NCBI GenBank assembly: GCA_963763535.1
Contig: CAVXOX010000008.1
Location: 963,975 to 1,027,974 of the forward strand
Direction: 5' to 3'
DNA from: an uncultured Acidobacteriota bacterium
GTDB taxonomy: Bacteria > Acidobacteriota > Thermoanaerobaculia > UBA5066 > Gp7-AA6
Length of the DNA stretch: 64,000 bases
Below the pieces are notes generated by a model. It was given only the letters and a program-made list of their open reading frames with translations, was not told where the DNA came from and searched no databases. Of the stretch, positions 47,639 to 58,852 are shown in pieces; position 1 is the first letter of the stretch, and each line of letters begins with the position of its first letter. The position numbers and the translations under genes are program-made.

Positions 47639-50600
47639 GTGCCGCTCTCGAAGCTCGCCGCCGCCCTCGGGTTCGCAACCGCGGCAGGGATCGCGGCCGC
47701 CGAGCAGCTGCCGCTCCGGATCTATACCGCGGCCGACGGCCTCCCGAGCGACCGCGTCTCGGTCGTGCGTTTCGACTCCCAGGGATTCCTCTGGCTCGGT
47801 ACGGAGGACGGCCTCTCCCGGTTCGACGGCTATGACTTCCGCAACTTCGACGCCTCCGACGGCATCGCGCCCGCGCCGATCCGGTCGTTTCTCGAGACCC
47901 GATCGGGTATCTACTGGGTCGGCACGAGCCACGGTCTCGTCCGGTTCGACGCGTTGCGCGAGAGCCGCGCCGGCCGGTCGAACGCGCGCCTCGATCATCT
48001 GCCGGGCGGTGGAATGCACGACGGCGTGCTCGCCCTCCTCGAGGACCGCGCGGGGGCGATCTGGATCGGGACCGAGGACGGCCTCTTCCGTCTCGCCGAC
48101 GAAGGAGAGCCGGCGCGCTTCGAGCCGGTCCCGTTCGCGACGAGCGCGTCGAACATTCCCGTGAACGCCCTCCTCGAGGACCCGGACGGAACGCTCTGGG
48201 TCGGCTCCGAGCTGGGGCTCTTTCGCCGGGCTCCCGGCGGAGCCTTCGCGCGCGTGGCCGACGGCCGCGGCCGCCCGGTTTCGGTGCAGTGCCTGCGACG
48301 CGATCGCGGCGGCGTGCTGTGGATGGGCACGCGGCTGGAGGGCCTGCTCGGGCTGCGCGAGGCTGGCCACGGAGTCGTGCCCTCATGGACTTCGTACACG
48401 GTCGAGACCGGGCTCGCCGGGCAGCACGTCACCGCGGTCGTCGAAACCTCCGACGGAACCCTCTGGGCGAGCTGCTACGGTGGGTTGAGCGAGATCCCTC
48501 CCGACCGAAGCTCGATTCGGCGGTACACGCTCGCCGAGGGCCTGTCGAGCGTCGGCGTGTCCTCGCTCGCGGAGGATCGCGACGGCGATCTCTGGATCGG
48601 CAGCGACAGCGCCGGCCTGATGCGGTTCGCGCGGAACGGCTTTCGGGCTTTCGACGAGAGAGACGGCCTGAAGACGCGCCGCGTCGCCTCGCTCTTCGAG
48701 AGTCGAGATGGCGCGGTGTGCGCGTTCACGCGCGGCCAGAACACGGAGGACATCGTCCACGGCGACGGCTTCCTCGCCTGCTTCGACGGCCGGCGCTTCG
48801 AGACGAAGTCCCTGCGCGTTCCGCCGGGCACGCTCTACGGATGGGGCTGGTCGCAGTTCGCGCTGCAGGACGAGAACGACGAGTGGTGGGTGCCGGCCGT
48901 CCCGGGAGTCTTCCGGTTTCCCGGCGTTCCATTCTCGCGCCTCGGCGACACGCCGCCTCGCCGCCTCTATGGACCCCGCGACGGCCTCGAAGGAAACGCG
49001 ATCCTGCGTCTCTACGAGGACCGGCGCGGCGATCTCTGGATGGCCGTCTCCGGCGACCGCGGGAATCTCGCCCGCTGGGACCGGCGCGCCGACGCGATCC
49101 GGATGTATGGGAAGGCCGACGGGTTGCCCGATCGCGAGCCGATGGCGTTCGTCGAAGACCGGAATGGCGGCCTCTGGATCGGTCTGCGCGGCGGAGGGCT
49201 CGTGCGCTATGCGGACGAAAGGTTCGCGCTCGCCGACGCCGGCACCGGGATTCCCGAGGGCTCGATCCGCGCGCTCGCCCTCGGCGGCGATGGGAGCGTC
49301 TGGCTCGCGAGCGCCCGCGGGGGCATCGGCCGGATCGAGGACGCCGGTCGCTGGCCGCCGCGCTTCGCGGTTTACGGAGTCTCCGAGGGTCTCTCGAGCG
49401 CGAACGCTTCCTCGATCACACTCGACGCCGGAGGCCGCGTCTACGTCGGGACAGAGCGCGGACTCGAACGGCTCGATCCCGCGACCGGCAACGTCCAGCG
49501 CTTCACCGCCGAGGACGGCCTTCCTCGGGGCGTGATCGAGACGTCTCTCCGCGACCGCCGTGGCGATCTCTGGTTCGGATCCGTCGAGGGGCTCTCGCGC
49601 CTCGAGCCGCGAATCGAGCCGCGGCGCGCGCCGCCCTCGGCGCGCATCGCGCGCGTGTTCGTCAATGGCGTCCGCCAGCCGTTGCCGGAGAACGGGGCGT
49701 CCACCGTCCCCCTCGCGCCGGCCCGTCCCGGCCCCACGTCGCTCCAGGTCGACTACGTCGCCGTCGACTTCGCTCCCGGTGGACGTCCGCGCTACCAGTA
49801 CCGCGTCGACGGTCTCGACGCCGACTGGAGCCCTCCCACGGATCAGAGGTCCGTCGTCTACGCGCGACTTCCCGCCGGCGCCTTCCGGTTCCGGGTCCGC
49901 GCGGTGGGGAACGACGGCTCCATTGGCGACTCCGCCGCGTCGGTGAGCCTGCGTGTCGCGCCGCCGCTCTGGCGCCGCCCGGAGGTCGCGGCCGCCGGCG
50001 CGCTCCTCGCCGCCGCCGCCGCCTACGCGCTCCATCGCCTGCGGCTCGCCCGCGCGCTCGAGCTGGAGCGAGTGCGCAGCCGGGTCGCGCGCGACCTGCA
50101 CGACGACGTCGGCGCCGGGCTTTCCGAGATCGCGATCCTCAGCGAGGTCGCGCGCGCGCAAGGCGGCTCGCGGGAGCTGCCGGTCCTCTCCGAAATCGGA
50201 GATCGTGCCCGCGACCTCGTCGACGCGATGACCGACATCGTGTGGTCGACCGACCCTCGGAAGGACGACGTCGCGAGTCTCGTCCAGCGCATCCGCCGGT
50301 TCGCCGCGAACGCGCTCGAGAGCCGCGGAATTGTCTGGACGCTCGAGGTGCCCGAAGACTTCGAGGCGCGCCGGCTGGATCCGGAGCGGCGGCGCCAGAT
50401 CTTTCTCGTCGTGAAGGAGGCGCTCGCGAACGTCGCGCGGCACTCCCGTTGCGCCCGCGCCGCGGTCCGGATCCTTTCCGCGCCGGACGAGCTGGCGGTC
50501 GAGGTCGAAGACGACGGCGTGGGGCTTCGCGGAGCGGCGGGCGCCGACACCGGACACGGCCTCGCCAACATGCGGGCCCGCGCCGCGGCGGTCGGCGGCG

Positions 50601-50677
50601 AGCTGCGCCTCGGCGCCGGAGAGAGGTCCGGCACCATCGTGCGCCTGCGCGTGCCGCTCCCGCGCGGCCGTGTCTGA
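47639..50677 (+). CDS. Sensor histidine kinase with periplasmic two-component-regulator beta-propeller (Reg_prop/Y_Y_Y) domain and HisKA_3 + HATPase_c
   Basis: Signal peptide. Multiple D/EGxLW(I/V)GT propeller blades. One TM (AAAGALLAAAAAYALH). H-box LHDDVGAGLS and an ATPase C-terminus. Confidence 0.8.
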   Translation: MPLSKLAAALGFATAAGIAAAEQLPLRIYTAADGLPSDRVSVVRFDSQGFLWLGTEDGLSRFDGYDFRNFDASDGIAPAPIRSFLETRSGIYWVGTSHGLVRFDALRESRAGRSNARLDHLPGGGMHDGVLALLEDRAGAIWIGTEDGLFRLADEGEPARFEPVPFATSASNIPVNALLEDPDGTLWVGSELGLFRRAPGGAFARVADGRGRPVSVQCLRRDRGGVLWMGTRLEGLLGLREAGHGVVPSWTSYTVETGLAGQHVTAVVETSDGTLWASCYGGLSEIPPDRSSIRRYTLAEGLSSVGVSSLAEDRDGDLWIGSDSAGLMRFARNGFRAFDERDGLKTRRVASLFESRDGAVCAFTRGQNTEDIVHGDGFLACFDGRRFETKSLRVPPGTLYGWGWSQFALQDENDEWWVPAVPGVFRFPGVPFSRLGDTPPRRLYGPRDGLEGNAILRLYEDRRGDLWMAVSGDRGNLARWDRRADAIRMYGKADGLPDREPMAFVEDRNGGLWIGLRGGGLVRYADERFALADAGTGIPEGSIRALALGGDGSVWLASARGGIGRIEDAGRWPPRFAVYGVSEGLSSANASSITLDAGGRVYVGTERGLERLDPATGNVQRFTAEDGLPRGVIETSLRDRRGDLWFGSVEGLSRLEPRIEPRRAPPSARIARVFVNGVRQPLPENGASTVPLAPARPGPTSLQVDYVAVDFAPGGRPRYQYRVDGLDADWSPPTDQRSVVYARLPAGAFRFRVRAVGNDGSIGDSAASVSLRVAPPLWRRPEVAAAGALLAAAAAYALHRLRLARALELERVRSRVARDLHDDVGAGLSEIAILSEVARAQGGSRELPVLSEIGDRARDLVDAMTDIVWSTDPRKDDVASLVQRIRRFAANALESRGIVWTLEVPEDFEARRLDPERRRQIFLVVKEALANVARHSRCARAAVRILSAPDELAVEVEDDGVGLRGAAGADTGHGLANMRARAAAVGGELRLGAGERSGTIVRLRVPLPRGRV

Positions 50678-50736
50678 GCCCGCCGCATGACGATGCGGTT
50701 GCGCGCCCCGCCGCTCCGCGGGAGGATCGGTCGAGA

Positions 50737-51384
50737 ATGCCGGCCGACACCATCCGCGTCGCCCTCGTCGAGGACAAGCGGCTGATCCGGGAAGGTCTCG
50801 GCGCGATCCTCGGCCGGACCGAGGGCCTGCGCTGCGTCGGGGTCTATCCATCGGTCGAGGAGGCGCTGCCGGCGCTCGAGGACGAGCCCTGCGACGTCCT
50901 GCTCCTCGACGTGCAGCTGCCCGGAATGTCGGGCGTCGCCGGCGTGGCGGTCGTTCGGGAGCGCTTCCCCGACACCCGCGTGCTGATGCTGACGGTTTAC
51001 GAGGACGAGGAAAAGATCTTCGAGTCGATCCGCAACGGCGCCTGCGGCTACCTGCTCAAGAAGACACCGCCGGCGCAGATCGCGGAGGCCGTGCGCCAGG
51101 CCCGCGACGGCGGCTCGCCCCTCTCGCCGGAGGTCGCCCGCCTCGTCGTGGAGCACTTCCGGAGCCTTCCCGCGAGACCCCGGACGCAGACTCCGCTGAC
51201 GGGACAGGAGACGGCCCTGCTCAAGAGGCTCGCCGAGGGGCACAGCTACCAGGGGGCGGCCGCCGCGCTCGACATCTCGATCAACACGGTCCGCGACCAC
51301 GTGCGCAGCATCTACGAGAAGCTCCACGTTCATTCCAAGTCGGAGGCGGTCGGCAAAGCCCTGCGAACGGGACTCATCGACTAG
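50737..51384 (+). CDS. NarL/FixJ-family response regulator (REC + LuxR HTH)
   Basis: ATG at 50737 (frame-checked). Receiver (LLLDVQLPG), LuxR HTH ([35 protein letters not shown]). Confidence 0.85.
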   Translation: MPADTIRVALVEDKRLIREGLGAILGRTEGLRCVGVYPSVEEALPALEDEPCDVLLLDVQLPGMSGVAGVAVVRERFPDTRVLMLTVYEDEEKIFESIRNGACGYLLKKTPPAQIAEAVRQARDGGSPLSPEVARLVVEHFRSLPARPRTQTPLTGQETALLKRLAEGHSYQGAAAALDISINTVRDHVRSIYEKLHVHSKSEAVGKALRTGLID

Positions 51385-51472
51385 GCCTTCGCCCCTCACC
51401 GCATCTTCATGCTATTGGCCCGGCGCCCTCGCCGGCCGCAGAGTGCGCCCATCGACGACCGATGGAGAAAGC

Positions 51473-53683
51473 ATGAAGATCACCGTCCGCGGATTCGCCC
51501 TGCTCCTGTCCGGCCTCCTGATCGCCCTCGCCGCGCCAGGCGCCACGTTTACCGTCACCAACACGAACGACAGCGGACCGGGCTCGCTTCGTCAGGCGAT
51601 CCTCGACGCCAACGCCAGCCCTGGCGCGGACACGATCGCGTTCGCGATCCCCGGCGCCGACCCCGGCTGCGACGGCACGGGCGTGTGCACGATCGCGCCG
51701 ACGTCTCAGCTCCACTCCATCGACGAGGCGGCAATGCTCGACGGGTACACGCAGCCGGGCGCCTCGCTCAACACGGCGACGTTCGGATCGAACGCGGTGC
51801 TCAAGATCGTGGTTTCGGGAGTGAACATCCCGGGTGCGGGCGGCATCCTGCCCGGCGCGGCGGGCGTGACGGTTCGGGGCGTCGTCATCAATGGCGGCTT
51901 TCACTCGGCCATCGACATCCTGACGGAGGGCGACGTCCACGTCGAAGGCTGCTTCATCGGGACCGACGCCTCGGGGTCGAGCGCCGTTCCGAACACCGTC
52001 GGCGTCGACTTCTTCCTGAAGGGCGTCGGCAGCGTCATCGGCGGCCCGGCCCCCGGCCAGCGCAACGTCATCGGCTCCGGCCAGCACGGCGTCAGCGGCA
52101 GCAATGTGGCGGGCGCGACGATCCAGAACAACCTGATCGGCACGGACAAGAGCGGCGTCGTCACGCTGCCCCAGGCCGTCGGCGGCGACGGCATCGCGAT
52201 CGGCGCCTGCAATGCCGGAGATCCGCTCGATTCGATTCTCGACAACGTCGTCGCCGGCTTCTCAGGCTATGCGATCCACAACAGCTGCCTGCCCGCGACC
52301 ATTCAGGGCAACCACATCGGCATCGACGCGACGGAAACCGTCGTCTTTGCTCCCGTGACCACGTACGGCATCGCTCCCGGCGAGGGCTCGATCGTCGGCG
52401 GCGTCAACCCCGGCGAGGGCAACGTCATCACCGGGATGCGGGGCGTCGGCATTCTCGGCGACAACTTCGCCGGTGGCACGATCCGGGGCAATTCGATCTG
52501 GGGAAACGGCGGGAACCCGAATTACTCGGGCCTCGGCATCGACATGCTCGGCGACGGGCCGACGAAGAACGACCCGGGAGACGCCGACATGATCCAGAAC
52601 TTTCCCGTCCTGAAGACGGTCACGAACGGCGCGACGACGCACGTCACGGCCGCCCTGCACTCGGCGGCATCGACCCTCTACGACGTCGACTTCTACGCGA
52701 ACCCCGCCTGCTCGAACTTTCCGCGCGAGTACGACGAGGGCAAGACGTTCCTCGGGTCGACCCAGGTGACGACGAATGGCTCGGGCACGGCATCCATCGA
52801 CGTCACACTCCCGGTCGCGACCGAAGACGGCTCCCGCCTCACGATGGTTGCCACGAACCACGCGACGGGCCGCTCCTCCGAGTTCTCGCAGCGCCTCCCC
52901 TTCCTCGTCCTGCCGTCGTCGGGACCCGCGGGGACCGGAATCCCGATGACGATCTACGGCACCGACTTCGCCGCCGGCGCAACGGTGGCGATCGCCGGCG
53001 CCCCCGCCACGGCCGTCACGGTCGTGAACGACGGCCAGATCAGCGCCACCTCGCCGATTCTGACTCCCGGCACCGTCAACGATCTCGTCGTGGCCAACAC
53101 GGATGGCACGACGGGAACGCTCGTCAAGGGCTGGGTCGCCGACTTCCTCGACGTCGACGGAGGCAACCAGTTCTACCAGTTCGTCACGACGCTCGTCTCG
53201 AACGCGATCACCGTCGGCGTCGGGAGCGGCGCGTACGGAATCGGCCAGCCGACGCTGCGTCAGCAGATGGCGGTGTTCCTGCTCAAGGCCGAGCACGGCC
53301 TCTGCTATGCGCCGCCGCCCTGCTCCGGCGTTTTCCCGGACGTTCCGTGCTCGTCGAACTTCGCGCCCTGGATCGAGCAGATGTCCGCCGAGGGGATCAC
53401 CGGCGGCTGCGGCGGCGGCAGTTTCTGTCCGAGTAGCCCCGTCCGGCGCGACCAGATGGCCGTCTTCCTGCTGAAGACCGAGCACGGCTCGTCGTACTCG
53501 CCGCCCGCCTGCGCCGGCGTCTTCCCGGACGTGCCGTGCTCCTCCCCCTTCGCACCGTGGATCGAGCAGCTCTTCAACGAGCAGGTCACGGGCGGCTGCG
53601 GCGGCGGGAACTACTGCCCGGCGAACGCCAATACCCGCGGCCAGATGGCGGTGTTCATGGTCAAGACCTTCCATCTCCAGTAG
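51473..53683 (+). CDS. Surface-protein paralog 1 (736 aa): signal peptide, CSLREA-like N-motif, right-handed beta-helix repeats, IPT/TIG, three Cys-rich SLH-like repeats; intact
   Basis: ATG at 51473 with a [46 protein letters not shown] repeats. [60 protein letters not shown]. Three repeats (...[12 protein letters not shown]..., ...[12 protein letters not shown]...) ending KTFHLQ*. Confidence 0.8.
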   Translation: MKITVRGFALLLSGLLIALAAPGATFTVTNTNDSGPGSLRQAILDANASPGADTIAFAIPGADPGCDGTGVCTIAPTSQLHSIDEAAMLDGYTQPGASLNTATFGSNAVLKIVVSGVNIPGAGGILPGAAGVTVRGVVINGGFHSAIDILTEGDVHVEGCFIGTDASGSSAVPNTVGVDFFLKGVGSVIGGPAPGQRNVIGSGQHGVSGSNVAGATIQNNLIGTDKSGVVTLPQAVGGDGIAIGACNAGDPLDSILDNVVAGFSGYAIHNSCLPATIQGNHIGIDATETVVFAPVTTYGIAPGEGSIVGGVNPGEGNVITGMRGVGILGDNFAGGTIRGNSIWGNGGNPNYSGLGIDMLGDGPTKNDPGDADMIQNFPVLKTVTNGATTHVTAALHSAASTLYDVDFYANPACSNFPREYDEGKTFLGSTQVTTNGSGTASIDVTLPVATEDGSRLTMVATNHATGRSSEFSQRLPFLVLPSSGPAGTGIPMTIYGTDFAAGATVAIAGAPATAVTVVNDGQISATSPILTPGTVNDLVVANTDGTTGTLVKGWVADFLDVDGGNQFYQFVTTLVSNAITVGVGSGAYGIGQPTLRQQMAVFLLKAEHGLCYAPPPCSGVFPDVPCSSNFAPWIEQMSAEGITGGCGGGSFCPSSPVRRDQMAVFLLKTEHGSSYSPPACAGVFPDVPCSSPFAPWIEQLFNEQVTGGCGGGNYCPANANTRGQMAVFMVKTFHLQ

Positions 53684-54068
53684 CGCTTCACATGCCGTCC
53701 TTTCATGGGGCCTTCCTGGAGAAGGGAGGCCGCGCTTCTTGTCGGCGCCGACGGCGCGAGGGCGCCGGGGTTCGTCCCCCCGGAGAGGAAAGAGCGCCCG
53801 GATCGGCGATAGACTCCGCGGCACGCTGAGGAAGGAGGATCGCGCCATGCGCTTTCGTCTCGGCCTCGCCGGTGCGCCGCTCACCGCCGTTCTGCTACGC
53901 CGGTTCACCCTCGTCGACCGAGTCACTCGCAGATCTTGTCGATCACCGGCAACTGCGTGGCGTCAACGATGTCCGCTCGATCCGAACTCGGCATGCGAAT
54001 GCGATTTTCATCGCTGAAATGTTTCGGCTGCCATAGCGGCGGAGGTCCACCCTCCGGAGGGAGGTCTG

Positions 54069-56346
54069 ATGCGACGCTTCCATCTCGTTCTCACGGCAAT
54101 CCTCGCCACGGTCACGGCCTCGGCCACCACGTTCACCGTCACCAACACCAGCGACAGCGGCGCCGGCTCGCTCCGGCAGGCGATCACCGACGCCAACGCG
54201 AACGCGGGCGCCGACACGGTCGACTTCAACATCCCCGGCTCCGATCCGAACTGCGAGCGGGACCGGCGTCTGCACGATCACGCCGACGGCGTCCGAGCCT
54301 GCCTCTGATCACCGATGCCCTGACGATCGACGGCTACACGCAGCCGGGAGCCGCGGTCAATACGTCCGCAACGGGCACGAACGCGGTGCTCAAGATCGTG
54401 CTCTCCGGCGCCAACGCGCCATCGGGGTCCTCGGGTCTGGGCCTCGGCGCGAACTCGATCACGATCCGCGGGCTGGTGATCGGGAGGGGATTCCTCGACG
54501 GAATCGCGGCCGGCTTAGTCAGCGACCTTAAGGTCATCGGCTGCTTCATCGGCGTCGACACGACGGGCAACACGGCGTTTCCTAACATCCGCAACGGGAT
54601 CTATTTCGCGTCACGGACGGCGTCACGATCGGCGGCACGGCACCCGCCGACCGCAACCTGATTTCCGGGAACGGGAACATCGGCTTGGCCGTCGATCTCG
54701 GCGAGCACGACGGGGCCCAACGTCATCCTGGGAAACCTCGTCGGGACCAACGCCGCCGGAACCGCCGCGATCCCCAACTCATCGGACGGGGTGGTCGTGA
54801 GCACCAACGGGCTCGGCGGCTCATTCACGATCGGCGGGTCCGCGGCCGGCGCCGGCAACGTCATCTCCGGCAACGGCGCGCGCGGCCTCTTCGTCGGCGG
54901 CTTCGGCAGCGGGACCGCCTTCACCGTGCAGGGCAACCTCGTCGGCACCGACGCGACCGGGACGCTGCCGGTTCCGAACGGCAGCTACGGCGCTTCGCGC
55001 CGTCTCCAACGGCGCCGCCATCGGAGGCATCGGGGCCGGCGAAGGCAACGTGGTCGCATACAACACCGGCGGCGGCGTGGTGGACGACGCGGGAGAGACC
55101 AACGTCTCGATTCGGGGCAACTCGATTCATGACAATGGATTCGGTTTCCTCGGGCACGGCGTCGGCATCGATCTGAGCGTCAACATCGGCGGCGACGGAG
55201 TCACGCCGAACGACCCGGGCGACGGCGACACGGGCCCGAACAACTACCAGAACTTCCCGATCGTCTCCTCGGCGGCGGCGCTCGCCCCGTCGAGCGGCAC
55301 GCATGTGACGGGCGTCCTGCACTCGACGCCCTCGACCACCTTCGATCTCGACTTCTACGCGAACGACGCGTGCATTCCACACCCCCACGACTTCCTCCAG
55401 GGGCGGACCTACCTCGGGTCCGGGCCAGGTCATGACGGACGGCTCGGGAACCGGGTCGTTCTCCATCGACGTGGCCGGGACGATCCAGCCGGGCGAGCGC
55501 GTCAGCGCGACCGCCACGGACCCGACCGGCAACACGTCCGAGTTCTCGCAGAGGCTTCCCTTCTCCATCAACCCGGCCTCGGGAGACCCGGCGGGCGGCG
55601 CGGCGGTGACCATCTCCGGCACCGACTTCCTCGCCGGCGCGACGGTCACGATCGGCGGCGTCGCCGCGACGAACGTCAACGTCGGGAGCTTCAACAGCCT
55701 GACGGCGAATGCGCCCGCGCTCGCGCCGGGCTCGCTGAACGACGTCGTGGTGACGGACTCGGACGGCGCGAGCGGCACGCTCGAGGCCGGCTACGTGGCG
55801 GACTTCCTCGACGTCCCGCCGTCCCAGCAGTTCTACAGCTACGTGACGACGCTCGTGACGAGCAAGATCACGGTGGGCGTCGGCGGCGGCAACTACGGGG
55901 TGGGCCAGGACACCCTGCGCCAGCAGATGGCGGTCTTTCTGCTGAAGGCCGAGCACGGACTGTGCTACACGCCACCGCCGTGCACGGCCCAGCTCTTCGG
56001 CGACGTGCCCTGCTCCTCGGGCTTCGCGCCCTGGATCAACGAGCTCGTCGCCGAGGGAATCACCGGAGGGTGCGGCGGCGGCAACTATTGTCCGACGAAC
56101 CCGGTCCTGCGCCAGCAGATGGCCGTCTTCCTGCTGAAGGCGGAGCACGGCTCCTCCTACGTCCCGCCCGGATGCGCCGGGGTCTTTCTCGACGTGCCCT
56201 GCCCCTCGCAATTCGCCGACTGGATCGAGCGGCTCGCCGCGGAGGCCATCACCGGAGGTTGTGGCGGAGGCAACTACTGTCCGAGCTCGACGGCCAATCG
56301 CGGCCAGATGGCGACGTTCGTCGTCAAGACCTTCAACCTTCAGTGA
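54069..56346 (+). pseudogene. Surface-protein paralog 2, same architecture, broken by about six frameshifts
   Basis: ORFs 54069..54308, 53936..54661, 54791..55132, 55050..(55450) and 55432..56346 hold successive conserved segments in different frames (for example NIPGSDPNC|[14 protein letters not shown]|TDGVTIGG, GSYGAS|...GVAISNGAA, YLGSG|QVMTDGSG). Confidence 0.55.
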
Positions 56347-56375
56347 CTCGTCAACCCCGGAGAAGGAGATCGATC

Positions 56376-58685
56376 ATGAAACCCCTGGTCCGGATCTCGA
56401 TCAAAATCGCTTTCCTCGCCGCCTGTCTCGCCGCCGCAGTGCCGCTCATCGCCGCCACCTACACCGTCACAAATACCGGCGACAGCGGCGCGGGATCGTT
56501 GCGCGACGCCATCAACCAGTCCAACGCGAGCGTCGGGGTCACCGACACGATCGCTTTCAACGTCACAGGCACCGGGTGTGCCGGCTCTCCGGCCGTCTGC
56601 ACGATCAAGCCGCTCGCTCCCCTGCCCAACATCACCGACGCCGTGATCGTCGATGGCTACACACAGCCCGGCTCGAACCCGAACACGCTCGCGGTCGGCG
56701 ACAACGCCGTGCTCCTGATCGAGCTCGACGGCAGCCAGATCGGCACCTTCGCCTACGGGTTCCTGATCTTCACGGACAACACCACGATCCAGGGACTCGT
56801 GATCAACCGGTTCTCGAACCCCGGGATCGGCATCGACACGACCGGCGGCGGCGGCGCGGGCGGCCACGTCATCCGGGGCAACTTCATCGGGACGAATCCC
56901 GCGGGAACCGCGGCCGCGCCCAACTCGGTATATGGCATCTATGTCCGTTCCCCGAACAACCGCATCGGCGGCCCGAACCCCGCGGATCGCAACGTCATCG
57001 TCGGCGGCTCGGGCGCCTTCGCGACCTGCATCCGGTTCGAGGGGGATTTCGGAGGCGCGACGGATGGAGACGTCGTCCAGGGTAACTACCTCGGAACCGA
57101 CAAGACCGGAACCTTGCCGCTCGGGGGCGGCGACGGCGTCTACATCGGTCCGGGCTCGGGCATCACGGTCGGAGGGGCCGGCGCCGGGGAAGGCAACCTC
57201 ATCTCCGGAAACACCGGCTACGGCATCGACATGACGTCGCCCGGATGCGTGGGCACGATCTCCGGAAACGTCATCCAGGGGAATCTTATCGGCACCGACG
57301 CCTCCGGGACTTCTCCGCTCCCGAACGGCCTCGGCGGCATTCTTCTGAGCTGCACAACCAGCGGTAATCAAATCGGCGGCACGGCCGCGGGCGCCGGCAA
57401 CTTGATCGCCAACAACGGAGTCTCCCCCGGCCAGGGCGGGGGCATCTTCCTCGACTCCACCGCAGGCACCGGAAACGCGATTCGAGCCAACCGGATCTTC
57501 TCGAACAACATCCTCGGTATCGGCCTGAAGGTCAGCTACGCCCTTCCGAACGACCCCGGCGATCCGGACTCCGGTCCGAACAACCTTCAGAACTTTCCGA
57601 TCGTCTCGTCGGCGGCCCCGGGATCCGGAACCACACACATCACCGGCGTGCTCCACAGCACGGCGAACACGACCTACGACCTCGACTTCTTCTCGAATCC
57701 CGCCTGCATCCCGTTCCCCCATGAATATCTCGAGGGCACCGCCTACCTCGGCTCTGGCATGACGACGACGGACGGCGGCGGGACCGGGACATTCGACGTC
57801 GTCGTCCCCGTGCAGATCGGGGCCGGCGAGCACGTGACGGCGACCGCGACCGATCCGGCAGGCAACACCTCGGAATTCTCGCAACGACTGCCGTTCACCA
57901 TCTTCCCGGCGTCGGGCCCGTCGGCGGGAGGCACCTTCGTCTCCATCGGCGGCACGGATTTCGAGGCCGGCGCGACCGTTACGATCGGCGGCGTCGCCGC
58001 GACCAACGTCGTCGTCTCGAACTCGATGAACCTGTCGGCCCAGACGCCGGCCCTCGCCTCGGGCTCCCTCAACGACGTCACGGTCAGCAACACCGACGGA
58101 TCGAGCGGCACGCTGCTCATGGGGTTCGTCGGCGACTTCCTGGACGTGCCGGAGTCCTATCAGTTCTATTCCTTCGTGACCAAGCTCGTCTCGAACGCGA
58201 TCACGGTGGGCTGCGGCGGCGGAGATTACTGCCCCGCGGCCAACGTGACACGCGCGCAGATGGCTGTGTTTCTGCTCAAGGCCAAGTACGGGCTCTGCTA
58301 TGCGCCGCCGCCCGCGAGCGGCACCGTCTTCAACGACGTGCCCGCCAGCGCGTTCGCCGCGGCCTGGATCGAGGCCTTGGCGGCTCTCGGCGTCACCGGA
58401 GGGTGCGGCGGCGGCAACTACTGCCCCAACGGATCCGTCACGCGTGCGCAAATGGCCGTCTTCCTCCTGAAGACGTTCCTGGGAACCACCTACGTTCCGC
58501 CCACCTGCACCGGCGTCTTCGGCGACGTGGTCTGCCCGGGAACGTTCACCGACTGGATCGAGGACCTCTACGCCCGCTCCATCACGGGCGGCTGCCAGGC
58601 GAGTCCGCTTATGTACTGCCCCTCGAACCCGAACACGCGCGGCCAGATGGCGGTCTTCATCACGAAGACCTTCAACCTGCAATGA
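56376..58685 (+). CDS. Surface-protein paralog 3 (769 aa); intact
   Basis: ATG at 56376 with an AAGGAG RBS. ATYTVTNTGDSGAGSLRDAINQSNA. NDPGDPDSGPNNLQNFPIVSSA. HITGVLHSTANTTYDLDFFSNPAC. IPT, then three repeats ending KTFNLQ*. Confidence 0.8.
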   Translation: MKPLVRISIKIAFLAACLAAAVPLIAATYTVTNTGDSGAGSLRDAINQSNASVGVTDTIAFNVTGTGCAGSPAVCTIKPLAPLPNITDAVIVDGYTQPGSNPNTLAVGDNAVLLIELDGSQIGTFAYGFLIFTDNTTIQGLVINRFSNPGIGIDTTGGGGAGGHVIRGNFIGTNPAGTAAAPNSVYGIYVRSPNNRIGGPNPADRNVIVGGSGAFATCIRFEGDFGGATDGDVVQGNYLGTDKTGTLPLGGGDGVYIGPGSGITVGGAGAGEGNLISGNTGYGIDMTSPGCVGTISGNVIQGNLIGTDASGTSPLPNGLGGILLSCTTSGNQIGGTAAGAGNLIANNGVSPGQGGGIFLDSTAGTGNAIRANRIFSNNILGIGLKVSYALPNDPGDPDSGPNNLQNFPIVSSAAPGSGTTHITGVLHSTANTTYDLDFFSNPACIPFPHEYLEGTAYLGSGMTTTDGGGTGTFDVVVPVQIGAGEHVTATATDPAGNTSEFSQRLPFTIFPASGPSAGGTFVSIGGTDFEAGATVTIGGVAATNVVVSNSMNLSAQTPALASGSLNDVTVSNTDGSSGTLLMGFVGDFLDVPESYQFYSFVTKLVSNAITVGCGGGDYCPAANVTRAQMAVFLLKAKYGLCYAPPPASGTVFNDVPASAFAAAWIEALAALGVTGGCGGGNYCPNGSVTRAQMAVFLLKTFLGTTYVPPTCTGVFGDVVCPGTFTDWIEDLYARSITGGCQASPLMYCPSNPNTRGQMAVFITKTFNLQ

Positions 58686-58852
58686 CGGGAAGGCCACACG
58701 GGGAAGCGGATGGCGGGTTGATCACGAGGACCTTCCACCTCCAATAGCGTTCCGCTGGGCGCGCCTCCGTTCGGGGGCGCGCCTTCTCTGCCCTATTCCT
58801 CCCGCGCCGCCGATGCCGCGGGATAGACTTCGCTTTCCTAAAAGGAGAATCA